A stretch of 63,994 nt of DNA, filler included, from Dicyema japonicum (Eukaryota; Animalia; Dicyemida), in NCBI GenBank assembly GCA_011109175.1. It is 7 parts of 7 records of this genome, joined end to end, with 100 filler letters (N's around TTAATTAATTAA, not from the genome) between each part and the next. Parts side by side here need not be neighbours in the genome. Positions count along the whole stretch, not along the records: positions 1 to 26,222 come from RDEW01000004.1; 6 more parts are not named here. The stretch is one strand, 5' to 3'. A program made the position numbers and the translations under genes. The notes under the pieces are model-generated. The model was given only the letters and a program-made list of their open reading frames with translations. It searched no databases and was not told where the DNA came from. Position 1 is the first letter of the stretch, and each line of letters starts with the position of its first letter. Positions 1 to 13,600 of this stretch are shown here, piece after piece.

Positions 1-684
1 ATCTAAAAACCAACCCAATAATAGTAATACTCTTCACATATATTACTTGAAACCGCAAGTATTTCGGAGCAATCACAAATTTTTCTGATGATGGTTGCAT
101 TCATATAATTAAAGTCAAGAATTTTCTGCAACAATATTGGACTCAATTAAGGATGTTCTGTTAATATAAGGAATTACAGTGAACATTATGTTATAACAAT
201 GATGTCCGCCATATTGTGTTACAGGAAATGATTAAAATGGTATTGGATTATTGAATAAGAATTTCGGAAATAAAGACAGTAACTCGAATGTGAAAATATA
301 AAATCGTAGAATTCTCGTTATTGAAAGAATACAGCTTGATTAGAAGTTACCAAAATAATTAAGCGTCTACCATTTTGATAACTGCCAGATTGAATTCAAT
401 AACAAAACACGACACAACACTTCACTAGAAATATATGTCAACAGCTGATGTAATATTTCTAAATAGGTTAACCACCCTAAAACATTAAAATTAACCAAAT
501 TTTTAATATTTATTAGTGATAATTTTTTGATTTCCTTCTTAATTATTTTCTAAATAAATAATTCTTTAAAAACAGATGTTGATCACTTCATGTTTTGAGA
601 ACCGTTAGGGATTTATACGTCTTATCAAAATTAGGAAATACAATTCCTGACAAATTTTGATCCACGTAAATGAAGTGAGATAAT

Positions 685-900
685 AATAACAACACCAGAG
701 TCCACGGTTAAACAATCTAATTAATCGCCTGATCCCTGCACGCACTAGCAGGAATTTCATCTTGGCCCGATGCTCATCCCTCGATCCCACACAAGCACGA
801 ATCGGTCGTGTTACTGGATCTTTACAGTCACGACGGCGCGTTCCATGGTTCATTCGTATCGAAACTTTACGAGGCAACTCTCCAGATATCCATAGATCAA
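685..900 (-). mobile_element. LINE 3'-terminal fragment
   Basis: ACVGSRDEHRAKMKFLLVRAGI resembles the ORF2 ends of the LINE copies ending at 22818 and 39200, and is followed by a short TTA-rich tail. Confidence 0.5.
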
Positions 901-924
901 AATTATTTTAAAGTTTAACAATAA

Positions 925-1012
925 TTTAATTATTTATTTATTAATTTTCCCCGGATACACCAAGAAAAAAGTTAAAGTAAACAACTAATTAAGTGTATCC
1001 AGTTTCCACTTC
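925..1012 (-). mobile_element. Isolated LINE/SINE 3' hairpin tail (GYT* variant)
   Basis: Minus strand CTGGATACACTTAATTAGTT...TTGGTGTATCCGGGG followed by AATAAATAAAT. Near-identical to 17995-18060. Confidence 0.7.
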
Positions 1013-1837
1013 TACAAAAATAAAACAAAACATAAACTTCAATCAATTAAAGAGCTAATAAATATTTAATTTAATCAAAAGTTAAATAGGTGATGCTATG
1101 AATTAATTAACCTATTATTTTATCTTAAGTGTATCCAATTTCTACAGTACAGATAGAGTCCTTCCAATATTCTTAACCTAATTTTGCCTTTGGATCCTGT
1201 AGACGACCCGGTTCCCAATTGAGCTATTTATTTATTACTGACTAAGAAACTCCACTTCAACGTTATGTACTAGTTGATTAACCCTATTTTTAAGAAAAAC
1301 AAATCACTCACCAGCCTTCCTCTTATCAAACGGTTTTCATTAACCCTGTGCTTTCTGGTGTTTTGGAAAAACTCCCAATTAAAGATAAATACTTCCATCA
1401 CACATATTTTTTCAACATGGTTTATCTGCTATAAATGGATATACATTGACATATCGGGTAGATATCGACATATATTTATCTAAAGTATTTTGTTCCAAAA
1501 GAATTATTATTTGTCTTGTGAGAATGAGACAGTAACAGGTTTTAATACCTCTAGAATTTGAGTCATAATATTTGCAATCGGAAAATAAGACTGATTTTAA
1601 GAATATTTTTATTTCAGAAAATTGTGAAGAATTTAAAAATAATCAAACGATCAAGTCAGATAGTTATAAAAAGTTCTAAAAAATAGAAAGTTCTTACAGC
1701 CATCGATTTTACGGTTCACAAATAGTCTACACGAGTTACTCTACATTTTTTATGAACTCTAAAGGACATACTTTCTAAAATGTTAAAAATAGTGTCAAAT
1801 CAATAAAAATTTCTTAAAATCTATTTTAAAAAAATTG

Positions 1838-1915
1838 CGTTCCATTTGGAAACGTCAGGAATCCTTGGCCCCCAAGCAGATGAGTTGGTTCGTAAGATCG
1901 GAATGCTCAAAGATC
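1838..1915 (+). mobile_element. CRE-clade C-terminal fragment
   Basis: LETSGILGPQADELVRKIG, the ETSG motif seen in the other CRE copies. Confidence 0.55.
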
Positions 1916-2124
1916 AATAACAAGAATGCAGACTTTTGGAAAGTATTCGCGAGATTGAAATCCTCTGATGGTAAATGAGATGAAATACACCTAAAATCAT
2001 CCAATGGTTGTTGTATTTCAAAGGGAGAAATCAAAAAAATTCTACAACAACAGTTAGCAAAAATTTAAGAAGTAGATTATTATATTTGAATTTCGAGGCA
2101 ATAATCGTCACTATGATGGAATGG

Positions 2125-3528
2125 TGTCAATGAAGGGTCCTATGTGTACTCCTATTTCCCTCGAAGAAGTAAAATTGCAATTTGTGGCTGCAAGAACAAA
2201 ACCCCTGGATAAGATTTTATCCCAATAAAAATATTCAAGAATGCAAATGTATGTTAATTGATGCATTAACCATGCTTTATAATGCCTCGTGGAAACCTGC
2301 TCACGTTCCATCGACCTGGAAAAAGTCGATTGTTCGGATGATTGGAAAGAAAGGAAAATCAAGATCTAATCCAGAAAATTATAGACCAATTAGTCTTATT
2401 TGTTCAACTTCAAAAATTATGGACAAAATTGTCTTTAATAGATTATCAAAAGTGGTTGAGGAAAACAATTTTCTTGCAAACAATCAGTGGGGGTTCCGTA
2501 AAAATAGAGGAACTATGACTGCATCCGGGAACTTAGGAAGTCAATTCAAGAATCTATAAGTAAGAAAGAATACCTTACTGCAACTTGTTAAGACATATCC
2601 AAGGCTTTTGACAGTGTCTGGCATGAGAGACTTCTCGAGACATTGTCAAAAGCGAACATTGGAAAGTCGGCGCTCATGTGGATTAGAGACTTCCTTATGA
2701 AAAGAGTCTTATATTCGTGTGGGAAATATGCTCCCTAAAAAGATAAAACTAAGTAGAGGTGTTCCACAAAGTTCAATTTTGAGTCCCCTCCTCTTCAACT
2801 GTATAATGAGCGAGGTGCCAAAACCGAAACACATCAATACCAAAATGATAATTTATGCAGACGACATTCTAATTTTGGACACTAGTTAAATAAATCAATA
2901 TCATGGAAAAGAACAGTAGCTCATATGTCGAAAATCGAAGATTGGTGTCGGAATAATAGATTGACATTATCAAGAGAAAAAAGTTCTGTAAACTGGATAG
3001 CGAGAAATATGAGGAATCAATATGTTGATACAGGGAATGTTAAATTCTCGGAAAACCTGATATACCTTTGAGTATGCATTAACAAAAAAGGATCGTTTAA
3101 AGACCACATCAAAATACGAAGAGAGAAAGCTACGGGAATGCTCAAGTCCTTACTCCGCTTTCATTTGTCTCCAGATACTTTTATGTTTGTCTACAAAACG
3201 TGTATTGAACCTTTCATAATATATGGTTGGTTTAAAACAGAGGAGAAATTAGTCCTACTAAATAAATTAGAAAAAACAAGAAGGTATGCAATTAAACTCT
3301 TACATGGATTGGATTTAGCATCTGAAATTGATGACTAACAAAAGAAAAACGATAAGAATCAGTGATTTATTACATTGTAATTGGGGCTTTTTACGGAGAA
3401 GAGACATACGGTGTCTCATGAGAGTGCCCCGATATAGACGACCCCAAATCTCGGCTTTCCTCTTTAGTTAATGGCTCTTAGTTAGTTGGGGTTTTGCGAA
3501 TAAATTATGTTATCTGTTATCTGTTATA
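2125..3528 (+). mobile_element. 5'-truncated LINE (Jockey/I-group-like RT), degraded
   Basis: NYRPISL, QWGFRK, DISKAFDSVWH, GVPQSSILSPLLFN and YADD motifs; (TGTTATC)n tail near 3508-3528. Confidence 0.9.
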
Positions 3529-3777
3529 CTATAATGAAATGTATTCATTTAAAACGTGACATTGTATTTTGATTTATCGTCGCGAGATCGCTTTGAACAT
3601 GTAGTTTTGTTGTTCAAAAATATTTAAACAATGAAGTCATTATTTTTAATTTATTCTTGGCAAAATGACTATTCCTATGATTTCTTGGAAGATCGTCTGT
3701 ATTATATCCCCTAAAGTATTATAAAAACTTACTTATTATTATTTATTACAAATTCAAAATGTGACATAATTTCACTA

Positions 3778-3890
3778 CATGGATCAACGAGAAGGGTTAT
3801 GGCTAAGACAAAAGATTGGAATAGCCATACTCCGAGGGAACTCGTTCGCAATCCACGCAGCAGGCTTCCTCAACTGACTTTTGTTCTAAA
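3778..3890 (+). mobile_element. ~110-bp CRE 3'-end insertion
   Basis: WLRQKIGIAILRGNSFAIH*. Absent from the paralogous positions near 20650 and 25620. Confidence 0.75.
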
Positions 3891-4311
3891 CTAAAATAAA
3901 AAAATAGGTTTATACTAATTACGTGCTAATGAATACTCTGTAATTCGGATATTTTCAATTTTTTCAAAATTATAAATTAAAAATTTGATTCTGTTTTTAG
4001 TTTTATCAATAAAAATTATTTTTTTAATTCTATAATATTAACTAATTAAAACGTCGAATATTATTTCGTATGAAGTTATCTCATTATCTCTAAAAATTTT
4101 AAATTTTTTTGACAAACCTTGCTGAATCGCTAAATTTGCAAATATTATTGTGAATGAATTAGTAATAAAATAATTTCTATTGCTGGATTTACAGATATCT
4201 AAATCTTTCTCTCACTGTTTATAGTAGTGTAATACATAATAAATATGAACATTTATTGGATCTGACATTAAATTGTTGAGTTTATTGCATGTTAATATAC
4301 GTTGAATTATA

Positions 4312-6678
4312 TTATTATTATTAATAGCACTTTCGAAGAACCAAAAATGTAATTTATTTAATTAAGGTTCCGCTTGTGCCGTATTTTTCTTCAGGTTATT
4401 TTTTCTTCCACAATTCTCTTGACTAACTTCCTCCATGCTCCGCGGTTACAGGCAGTTATTCCGAGCGTATCCAGATCATCTCCAGTTTTCAGCTTTCGTC
4501 CTACATTGGTCAGGTCCTTGTGTAGAACCTCTGGCAAAGTTATGCGAGGTCTTCCACGGAACGAGGTATTCACTTCTGGGCAGAAATAGTTATCCATTGC
4601 TATTTTAGCAGGCGTCATCTGGCTCATTCGAAAGATGTGACCAAACAGACGCCATCTTGATTCCAGGATATCCAGACTCAATGGTCTTGTATTACATACT
4701 ATGTATAGATTCTTGTTTGTAATTTTTTTTGCCCAGTTGATGCCAAGCAACAGTCGGAGGCATCTATTTTGTCCATTACCGCTTCTGAGACACCCCAGGT
4801 TGCAGCGTTGTACATTAGGACTGGTTTCACGAAAACATTGTATAGTCTCACACGTAATTGTGTGCTAGTTTGTTTACGTTGATTCCAGACTACTCCCATT
4901 TTTCTAAAGGCCGCGACGGCCAACATCTTCCTGTTAGTGATATCCTCAGCGTCTCCGAGCAACGACCCCAATTTTTTACAGTATCTCCATTTTTCATCAT
5001 TTCGGGTTAGTTCACGGCGTATGGTAGTTGTCTCCGTCTTTTCGCGTCTCCGAGCAACGACCCCAATTTTTTACAGTATCTCCATTTTTCATCATTTCGG
5101 GTTAATTCACGGCGTATGGTAGTTGTCTCCGTCTTTTCCGTGTTAATTTTGATGAACCATTTTTCTAAGACATCTGGCATCCTTGTCCGTATATAGTTTA
5201 ATGTTTTCATGTCGCTAGATATATAGTCGATATCATCTGCATAAATCACTTCAGTTTGAGGTAGATCGCCAATTAATAGTCTGAAGTCTCTGAGTGCCGC
5301 CTCCAGATATGTCACAAAAAGTACAGGTGACAAGGAATCTCCCTGCGGTACCCCGAACGTTGTCTCGAATGGGACAGACTCCAAATTTCCAAAACGTACA
5401 CTTAGCTGCGTTGTTCCAAGTAATAGGCGGATCATTCTGACACTGTCCTCGTCAACCAACTTTTCCAAGATATCCAAAAGTCTTCCTCTGTGTATAGAGT
5501 CAAAGGCTTTGGACATGTCCATGCCAAGGATGCCAATAGCCCCCTTGTACTTTTGATGTGTTGCACAAAACCATCGATGTCCCAGACCAAATCAGCTGTA
5601 GATCTCCCTTACCTGAATCCGCTTTGACCGTGAGAGAGAAAGTTCTCGATGTCAGATCCAATCCTGTTCAGCACTATAAGTGATAGTGTCTTGCGTAGAG
5701 TTGTCAATAGTACGATGGGTCTTAAATTCGTTAAGGGGCCTTTGCTTTGCTTGGTTTTTGTATTGCAATTAGTGTGCCATTACCCACATCCAGTGGTGAG
5801 TTGTATTTGAATGTTTTGTTGTATATCTTAGTTAATAGTTCAGAGATCTCGGTCGGTGCATATTTGAGAAGTTCTGCATTTATGTTGTCAGAGCCAGCAG
5901 CTCTATTGTTGTTCAGTATGTCCAATGCTTTGTTTTGTTCCAGAATCGTTATCGGAATATTTAGTTCTCGTTCTTCACCATCGAATTGTTTGATTTTTAC
6001 CCGTGGTTTTGATTGAAGGCCTGTGATAATGGCTGGATATGGCCGATAGAATTTCATTTTTGTTTAACATATTCTTTCCAAACTGGTCATGTATTGTGCT
6101 TTGTTTTGTTCCAGAATCGTTATCGGAATATTTAGTTCTCGTTCTTCACCATCGAATTGTTTGATTTTTTCCCGTGGTTTTGATTGAAGGCCTGCTGATA
6201 ATGGCTGGATATGGCCGATAGAATTTCATTTTTGTTTAACATATTCTTTCCAAACTGGTCATGTATTGTGAATTTTGATGACTGCGTGTCTCTATGTAGT
6301 AGGTGAACAGCCTTGAACATCTGCACTCAGTTTTTGAGTCTTTCTACTTCTTTAGCCATACCAGCAAGTTTATTTTCCTTTATTTTCCTCGTTATTTAAT
6401 TTATTTTATACAGGGTTTGGTTCCGCATGACTCTTAGAGTGTGTTCCTTTGCCTGGTCCGGGCAGGTTTCGACCTGTAAACGTAGGTTCCTCTGCAATTT
6501 GGATAGTTCTTCAAGCTCGTGGTCATAGTGCCCGTTGAAATGCTTCGGTTTTACTCCGACTGTTGAATGGGCCGCGCACTTTATTGCATCGATGGTGTTT
6601 TGTCACAGTTCCCCAGGAATTTTTTCTTTATTCCACTGTCTGATCTTTTCTCTTAATGTTTTTTGATAACTTTCCCGA
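4312..6678 (-). mobile_element. 5'-truncated RTE-like LINE with TSD
   Basis: RT motifs DMSKAFDSIHR, GVPQGDSLSP, YADD, KKLGSLLG and RWRLFGH; (TAA)n tail at the 4312 end; TSD GTTGAATTATA (4301-4311) / GTTAAATTATA (6679-6689). Confidence 0.93.
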
Positions 6679-6830
6679 GTTAAATTATACAAGCTTCCAT
6701 AACCAACTATTTAAATAAAAAACTATAAATAATTTAATTTAATATAAATTATCAATTATTAGTTTATATTTTTAAATTAAACATATTTGAACAATTATGC
6801 TTCCTTAAAAAAGTTATCACTTCGCGATTA

Positions 6831-9300
6831 TTTTGGTTGAGGTTGGTGACGCATCTCAAATTGCACTAATGTCTCTTTCACTCTTTCGAAACTCTCTCTT
6901 CACGCTAGCATCCTTCAACGTTCGAAGAGTAAAGTTTTGGTCAAAAGAAGATCACTCTGCCAGGATCTGAAACAATACAAAATTACTAAGAGACCAAAGT
7001 CCAAGAAGGATTCAACGAACAAAATGCTGACCATGACCTTATCATGTTTCCTTCCAACTGTCATCACTAAGGAAAGGGATTTGCGGTAGAAATTAAACTC
7101 CGGGAATATATATCAAGAATATGGAAAGTAATTACAAAATTTGCGTAATACAATTGGAAACTGGATCTAACTCTATAATTACAATTATAAATGTATGCAC
7201 ATACATCACCAAAAGTCTCTAAAACCCAACGGAACTGAATTATTTTTACAGTTCACTATCCACAACCCTTATGGAAAAATCCACTAACTATGTACTATAC
7301 ATAAGTGGAGATTGGAACGCGAAGGTCGGAATAGATGCCCGAGAACTGAGTTTCATGGGTACCCATGGGAGAGGTCGGAGGAACATGTCTGGAGATACTA
7401 TGGCCAACTTCGCGATTAATAAACAATTATTCATTTGCAACACAGCATTGGACTGGAAAACGCCGAGACTCAAATGGGCATCTAATCAAACTATATAACA
7501 AAGTTAACTACATTCTGTGTCGACAATCACAGAAAGCCCTATTCTCAGATTCCAGAACATATGGAAGGGACGCTAAATCAAAATTCCCCTAAAGAGAAGA
7601 TTTTGGATTAACAGAGTCAAAAACAGACACAGAGAAGTTAGATACGCAGTCGAACTCTTAAGAAACACTCATATTTACAGAAATAACTATTCAGCTAAAA
7701 TATCACAAACCATAGAATCGATTTATCTCAATTCACCTGCTGGATTTTTTATGGAATAAACTCGTTACAAAATAAAATCAGTGGCTAATCACACGATTGG
7801 GAAAATTCCTAAAGTTTTCAAAAGAATACACGACCCATATATAGATCACATCTGCAATTTACAAAAGAATCTACGTATCAAATACATGAACATGGACAGC
7901 CAAGTGAAAGCAACTGAGTTCGAAATCCAAAGAAACAAAATTATGCAAGAAATCAAAAAAAAATCCCAGATAAAACACAAAACAGAGCTACAAAACCTTG
8001 CAAATGAAGTAGGATAGTACTAACGCGTGCATGCATCTGTATAGATGCTAGCGAGAAAAAAGAAATCTGCAAATTTAGCAGTTGATGATGAACTAAGAAG
8101 AACCATTTACAACGACCGAGAACTTACAGACAACATAGCTGATAATTTCGAAAAATATTTCAATTTTGATAACTAAGAATCACTTTATGCGTTTGATGGA
8201 CTCCGTAAAAAGCTATCACCAGAAATAACCTTATCAGATGTTAAAATGGCATTGAACATACTAACAACTCAACAGCTCCAGATCTAGAAATGTTAATGCA
8301 GATCTCTTAAAATGCGCTCCTAAAGAATTTCTAAAATTCATTACTCACATTCCGAAAGAAAACATTTGTCGAACACTCCAGAATTTACATCGGAATCGGA
8401 AAATTAATCCCCTTACATAAAATTTAGAAGAAAAACGGATAGCTAAACAGATTAAAACCGATCAAACATGAATCCACAAAATTCTATAGAATCGCTCTGG
8501 ACAGAATAAAAGCTTCACTACGTTGATTTATCGGATCTAGCAAAGTGGGTTTCTCTCTGGAAGATCAACTTCCGATGCCGTTTGGAGCCACAATGGATAT
8601 GTGCTTCATGCCAAAAATATAAAGATGAGTACCTCATAATGGGAATCGACCTATCTAAAGCACTTGACTCAATCAGTATAGTCAAGATGATACAATTATT
8701 AACACCACTATTCAAGGAAGATTGCATCAGAAAAATTCGTTGTCTACTCTCCTCCACTCAACTATTTATCCAGTTCGGAAGTCAGAATTCCAGAGTATTC
8801 GGAACAAACAAAAGCACCCCTCAGGGAGAAGCCCTATCCTCGGTATTATTCAACACAAATCTGAAGGAAACCCTACGAGAGGCCATGAATAATATCCCCA
8901 GACATATATCGGAAGTCATCTTCTCAGATGCCATAGATCTCACGGCAGCATCACAAATCTGAAGGAAACCCTACGAGAGGCCATGATTAATATCCCCAGA
9001 CATATAACGGAAGTCATCTTCTCAGATGCCATAGATCTTACAACAGCAGACCACCAATTAGAAGGTATTATCTACAAATAGGCCAAAACATTTGAAAAAA
9101 ATTATCTCTAAAAATTAACACCGATACCAGAATACACTATAATATAGCTATGCGAACAACGACTCGAGGAAAAATGGAACCATAAGAAGAAACTTGGCAC
9201 TATCTTAGGAGATACATTAGACATACTACGAAGAAAGTCATTAGCAACTTTCGCTCTTAAAAGAGTAAACAACGTATGTCTATGAGGTGAACAAACTTCT
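6831..9300 (+). mobile_element. RTE-like LINE (APE endonuclease + RT), degraded
   Basis: ASFNVR, GDWNAKVG, DLSKALDS, TPQGEALS, FSDAID and KKLGTILGD motifs in broken frames. Confidence 0.9.
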
Positions 9301-9317
9301 TCTTCTTTCATACCTCA

Positions 9318-9458
9318 TTTTCTAATTCAATCTAATTTCTAATACACTATATTCTATTCTCTGATTTACCCTAACATATTCTTTAATACACCCTAATCTA
9401 TTCTCTAATTAAACCTAATGAATTCCTTAATTTACCTTAAAACATCTTCTAATTAGTT
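9318..9458. repeat. Degenerate ~21-22 bp minisatellite
   Basis: Units such as TTCTTTAATACACCCTAATCTA, TTCTCTAATTAAACCTAATGAA and TTCCTTAATTTACCTTAAAACA. Confidence 0.5.
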
Positions 9459-10621
9459 TATGTGACCGTGGTCTTAGGAGCTTAAGCCAGTCATTTCACC
9501 GCAAAACATAGATTTATGTAAATAATCGAAATTGTCTAAAAAGTCACAAATATCAAACGCAGGAAATTGGTGAGAGAACCAGACTGCTCGACAATGATTC
9601 TCACTCGAATTAGGACAGTGTGGTTAAAATGAGAATTTTCAACCTATTTTCAGTCGTTGACAAAATATAAAATTAAGTTTTTTTTAATCATAATCTAGTA
9701 TTAATATCACTTTTATTCAAGGTATTTGAGATGTAATTTATGCAACAGGCTTACCACAACGATTTTTATTAACCTTATCTATTGGATTTTGAACTAACAT
9801 TTCAAATATACTCATTCTCAGCAATAAAAACACCATTCCTTTTTTCAGTTAACACATTAGTCATTTGATTAGCTTAATATCGGATTTAACAAAAGTCCTG
9901 ACAATCTCGATTAATAAAGCAATGAACAATACAGTTCTTGTCTCAAGATGACATGTTTCCATCCAAAATTCTGATTCTTTGCATACGACCTACACAATGA
10001 TTCGTAAGGATTGTCAGGAAAGACCAGGTGAAGGACTACTAAACAATTTTAAATAACGTTATACCTTTCATTGACGAAGTCGAAAAAAGGTAAAGAATTT
10101 GGGTTCAGACGATACCATGGAGCAAATCAAAATCAAAAACGAGCTGTTTCCGTTTTTTGATAATTTTATTAACCTATACGCCTAATTGTAGGCGTAATCT
10201 TCATTTTTTTCAGAGTCCAGTCCATGTAGTCTTATGTCTCGCATTATGATCCATCCCGAATTACAAATAAAGTAACCAAACACGTTACAGCGACTTTACT
10301 GGTGTTTGTAAAAACCATCGCAATTGAATGCTCATACATTAATATGAATTATCTGTCTTCCCACAATTAATCTGAAATACTACCAATATGTCATTAATCC
10401 CCATACTGTGGATCCTCCCATTAAAACATACATGTATAGCAAAGCCATATGGTGGCATTCGGAGTTTAGGGTAAGACTAAACTCGACGTAATTAACTTTA
10501 ACTATCCGACATTATAGATGCGGCACTTCCAGTCAGGACCACTATGGATATCAACTGGATAAGCAATCGCGTTTCGCGGCCATCGTGGCTTCTGAGCTAA
10601 TCAATAGCTCGGAATTTAACG

Positions 10622-13600
10622 AATTGGCTAATTAAAAAATTCCCAAAAATTTGTCAAACCAAAGTCTCAGCGAATAAAATGTCATCATTATAATAAGAAG
10701 ACCATCGTATCGTCATCATCGACTTTTAATAAACAAATAGACTTAATAATTAAAAAANNNNNNNNNNNNNNNNNNNNNNNNNNNNNNNNNNNNNNNNNNN
10801 NNNNNNNNNNNNNNNNNNNNNNNNNNNNNNNNNNNNNNNNNNNNNNNNNNNNNNNNNNNNNNNNNNNNNNNNNNNNNNNNNNNNNNNNNNNNNNNNNNNN
10901 NNNNNNNNNNNNNNNNNNNNNNNNNNNNNNNNNNNNNNNNNNNNNNNNNNNNNNNNNNNNNNNNNNNNNNNNNNNNNNNNNNNNNNNNNNNNNNNNNNNN
11001 NNNNNNNNNNNNNNNNNNNNNNNNNNNNNNNNNNNNNNNNNNNNNNNNNNNNNNNNNNNNNNNNNNNNNNNNNNNNNNNNNNNNNNNNNNNNNNNNNNNN
11101 NNNNNNNNNNNNNNNNNNNNNNNNNNNNNNNNNNNNNNNNGTCAACTCTAATTTCGACATTTTGATTCGTCAATATTGACTGAACCTAATGTCCTTGCAA
11201 TTTCATGCTTCTTTTGATTACATAAATTCGACAAAGATAAAGATGGATGCACTTTATCATTTTATTAATCACTATTTAGCATTTTTCCACACTGAGTGGC
11301 CAAATGATCAACAGTTTTCTTGCTTTTTTTACAATGGTTGCATAATGACCCCGTGTGTGCAAAAAAACAAATTCCTATCTTGCAAAAGACAGTACAATTC
11401 TTCGCTCCGTGGGCCGTTATTTCCTTTAGATAACCATTCTGAGGAAGTATATAGGTCGACATTTGTTTCATCAATACATTTGAACATAATTGAGTGTAGT
11501 GTTCTGCAATAAAATTTATTTAATAAATATTTTTTCTAAGTGTCCATGAAGGACTTAATATCCATGCTTTCCCTGTCCCTGTCGGCAATTGCATATTTAG
11601 AGGCAAGAAATCCTGCGATTGTAGCCAAGTGCCATTTTTTTGTTTTTATTACTCGCAGAATCCCCGACCTTCGCAAACACACAGTCGACTGTTTTTCCAA
11701 ACTTTTAAGAAACTGGAAAAGTATTTATTCGCTCTTTAATGAAATCGAGGAAAGTCCTCTTCCAAAAGTCTTCCTGTCCAAATACAGCCTCTCTTTATTT
11801 GCAGGTTTGAGGTGCAACTTGAGTGACGTAAGCAGTTGCCGTATTTGTTGGTCAATATTATCAAATTCGTAAGGTTCAACATTAATTAATCCTATATAAT
11901 AGTTATATAGGGACATTGCGTATTCATTTATTGCGCGAAATAAGTTCACAGAATTTAACCTTCCCTTATCTTCAAAAACAACCAAATATCGATATCCACT
12001 GACTCCTTCCAGAGTCTCCCAACATGATATCGATTTAACATTAGAAAGTGACTTTTCGAATTCATCTCCAATCTGGCAACATAAAAGAAATCGCGAACAA
12101 CTTTCATCATTCTTATAACAGTATCTTCTTTTACCCCAAATATCTTTAGGTCATCAATGAATAACAAATGATTTGTAGAATAAGTCAGTGTATTAGGATC
12201 CTCCTGATTAATTTGGAGTCTTGGGAACATAAAGTTAAAAGTCCTGCTCAAGGGTTCCATTACCATAACAAATAGTTGAGGAGATAATGAATCTTTTTGC
12301 AGAATTCCACTTCCCAGTTTTACAGAACCAATTCTTCTATCATCTAAGTGGAGATTTACAGTCCACTTCTTGATTATGGTCTTTACAAAGTTAACAATCC
12401 TACGGGGTATTCCTGAACAATCCAAAACATGAAATAAAAATTCATGGTCAACAGAATCAAAGGCCTTTTTCACATCCACCCAAGCAGAATAAAGGGCGTT
12501 TCCATACTTCTTATNNNNNNNNNNNNNNNNNNNNNNNNNNNNNNNNNNNNNNNNNNNNNNNNNNNNNNNNNNNNNNNNNNNNNNNNNNNNNNNNNNNNNN
12601 NNNNNNNNNNNNNTATTAAGCTCACCTCAGAGTTGTCACCCGTACAGATTGGAGTTATGATCAAAAATGGTTCCAAGACTGGTATCCTTTCAACAACTTG
12701 AGAAAAATATTATAACTGTCAAACTGATATCTCTAATGTCTTCAAAAGAGTCAAACAAGATTGCTTCTTTAAAGGTTTGTTCGTCGGGCACCGGAGATCA
12801 TGAATCTAATTAAAATTTAAAGTACATTTCGGCAATCTTGACTAGGATTTAAAGTACTTATCGACATTTACTATGTTTAATTTTGACAATAACATCTAGT
12901 GTAGAATCATCCACAATAACACGATTAACCAAGTCAATACAACTGCAAAAACGTGTCAGTTTTACGTTTAATTATCTGGAAAACTGAATGATATAAACAA
13001 TAAAAAAGAATAAGTTGATATGTAAGTCTACGATAGTTCTCAAATTACTTAAATTTGCTAGATTTTAAATATATGAAAATTAAATTTTACAAGGAAGCTA
13101 GGCATAGACACCGAAAGCGCACAATAGGGAGTAATTTCTTTCACATGGATCTCAGCTGAAATCATTATTCAAATTTATAACGTTGTTTGATCAGACGTTT
13201 CTTTATGTTGAAACTTCTATATTCATTGTCCTCTGAACAGTTACTTTTTTAGCTGGTTGTGACAAGATGTATTCATTTAAAACCTAAAGGATACTGAGAA
13301 AGAAAAATAAGGTACAGTCAACAGTTAGGTTATCCCAGTTCATGTAATTAAAAGAGCCATTGGTTCTCCGTTGTATTAACCGTTGCTTGAAATGGTCTCT
13401 TTTTTTTCAGAGTAAATTGTTTGAGAAAAGGATTAGTGGTTGACCGACTTTTATTTGCCAGTGACAAAGATAGACGATGCATGTTTCTGCATTTTTTGTT
13501 AATGCGAGAGATCCATCTCCACATCTACAAATCATATATTCCGTGATCGGTGGTCGATCAAAATGTGTATATATTTTTAACTCTATAATTTAGAAAGTAA

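Noticed and set aside
2110-2123. Possible TSD of the 2125-3528 LINE (ACTATGATGGAATG versus ACTATAATGAAATG)
   Set aside because: Two mismatches, and the left flank does not clearly match the paralogous empty site.
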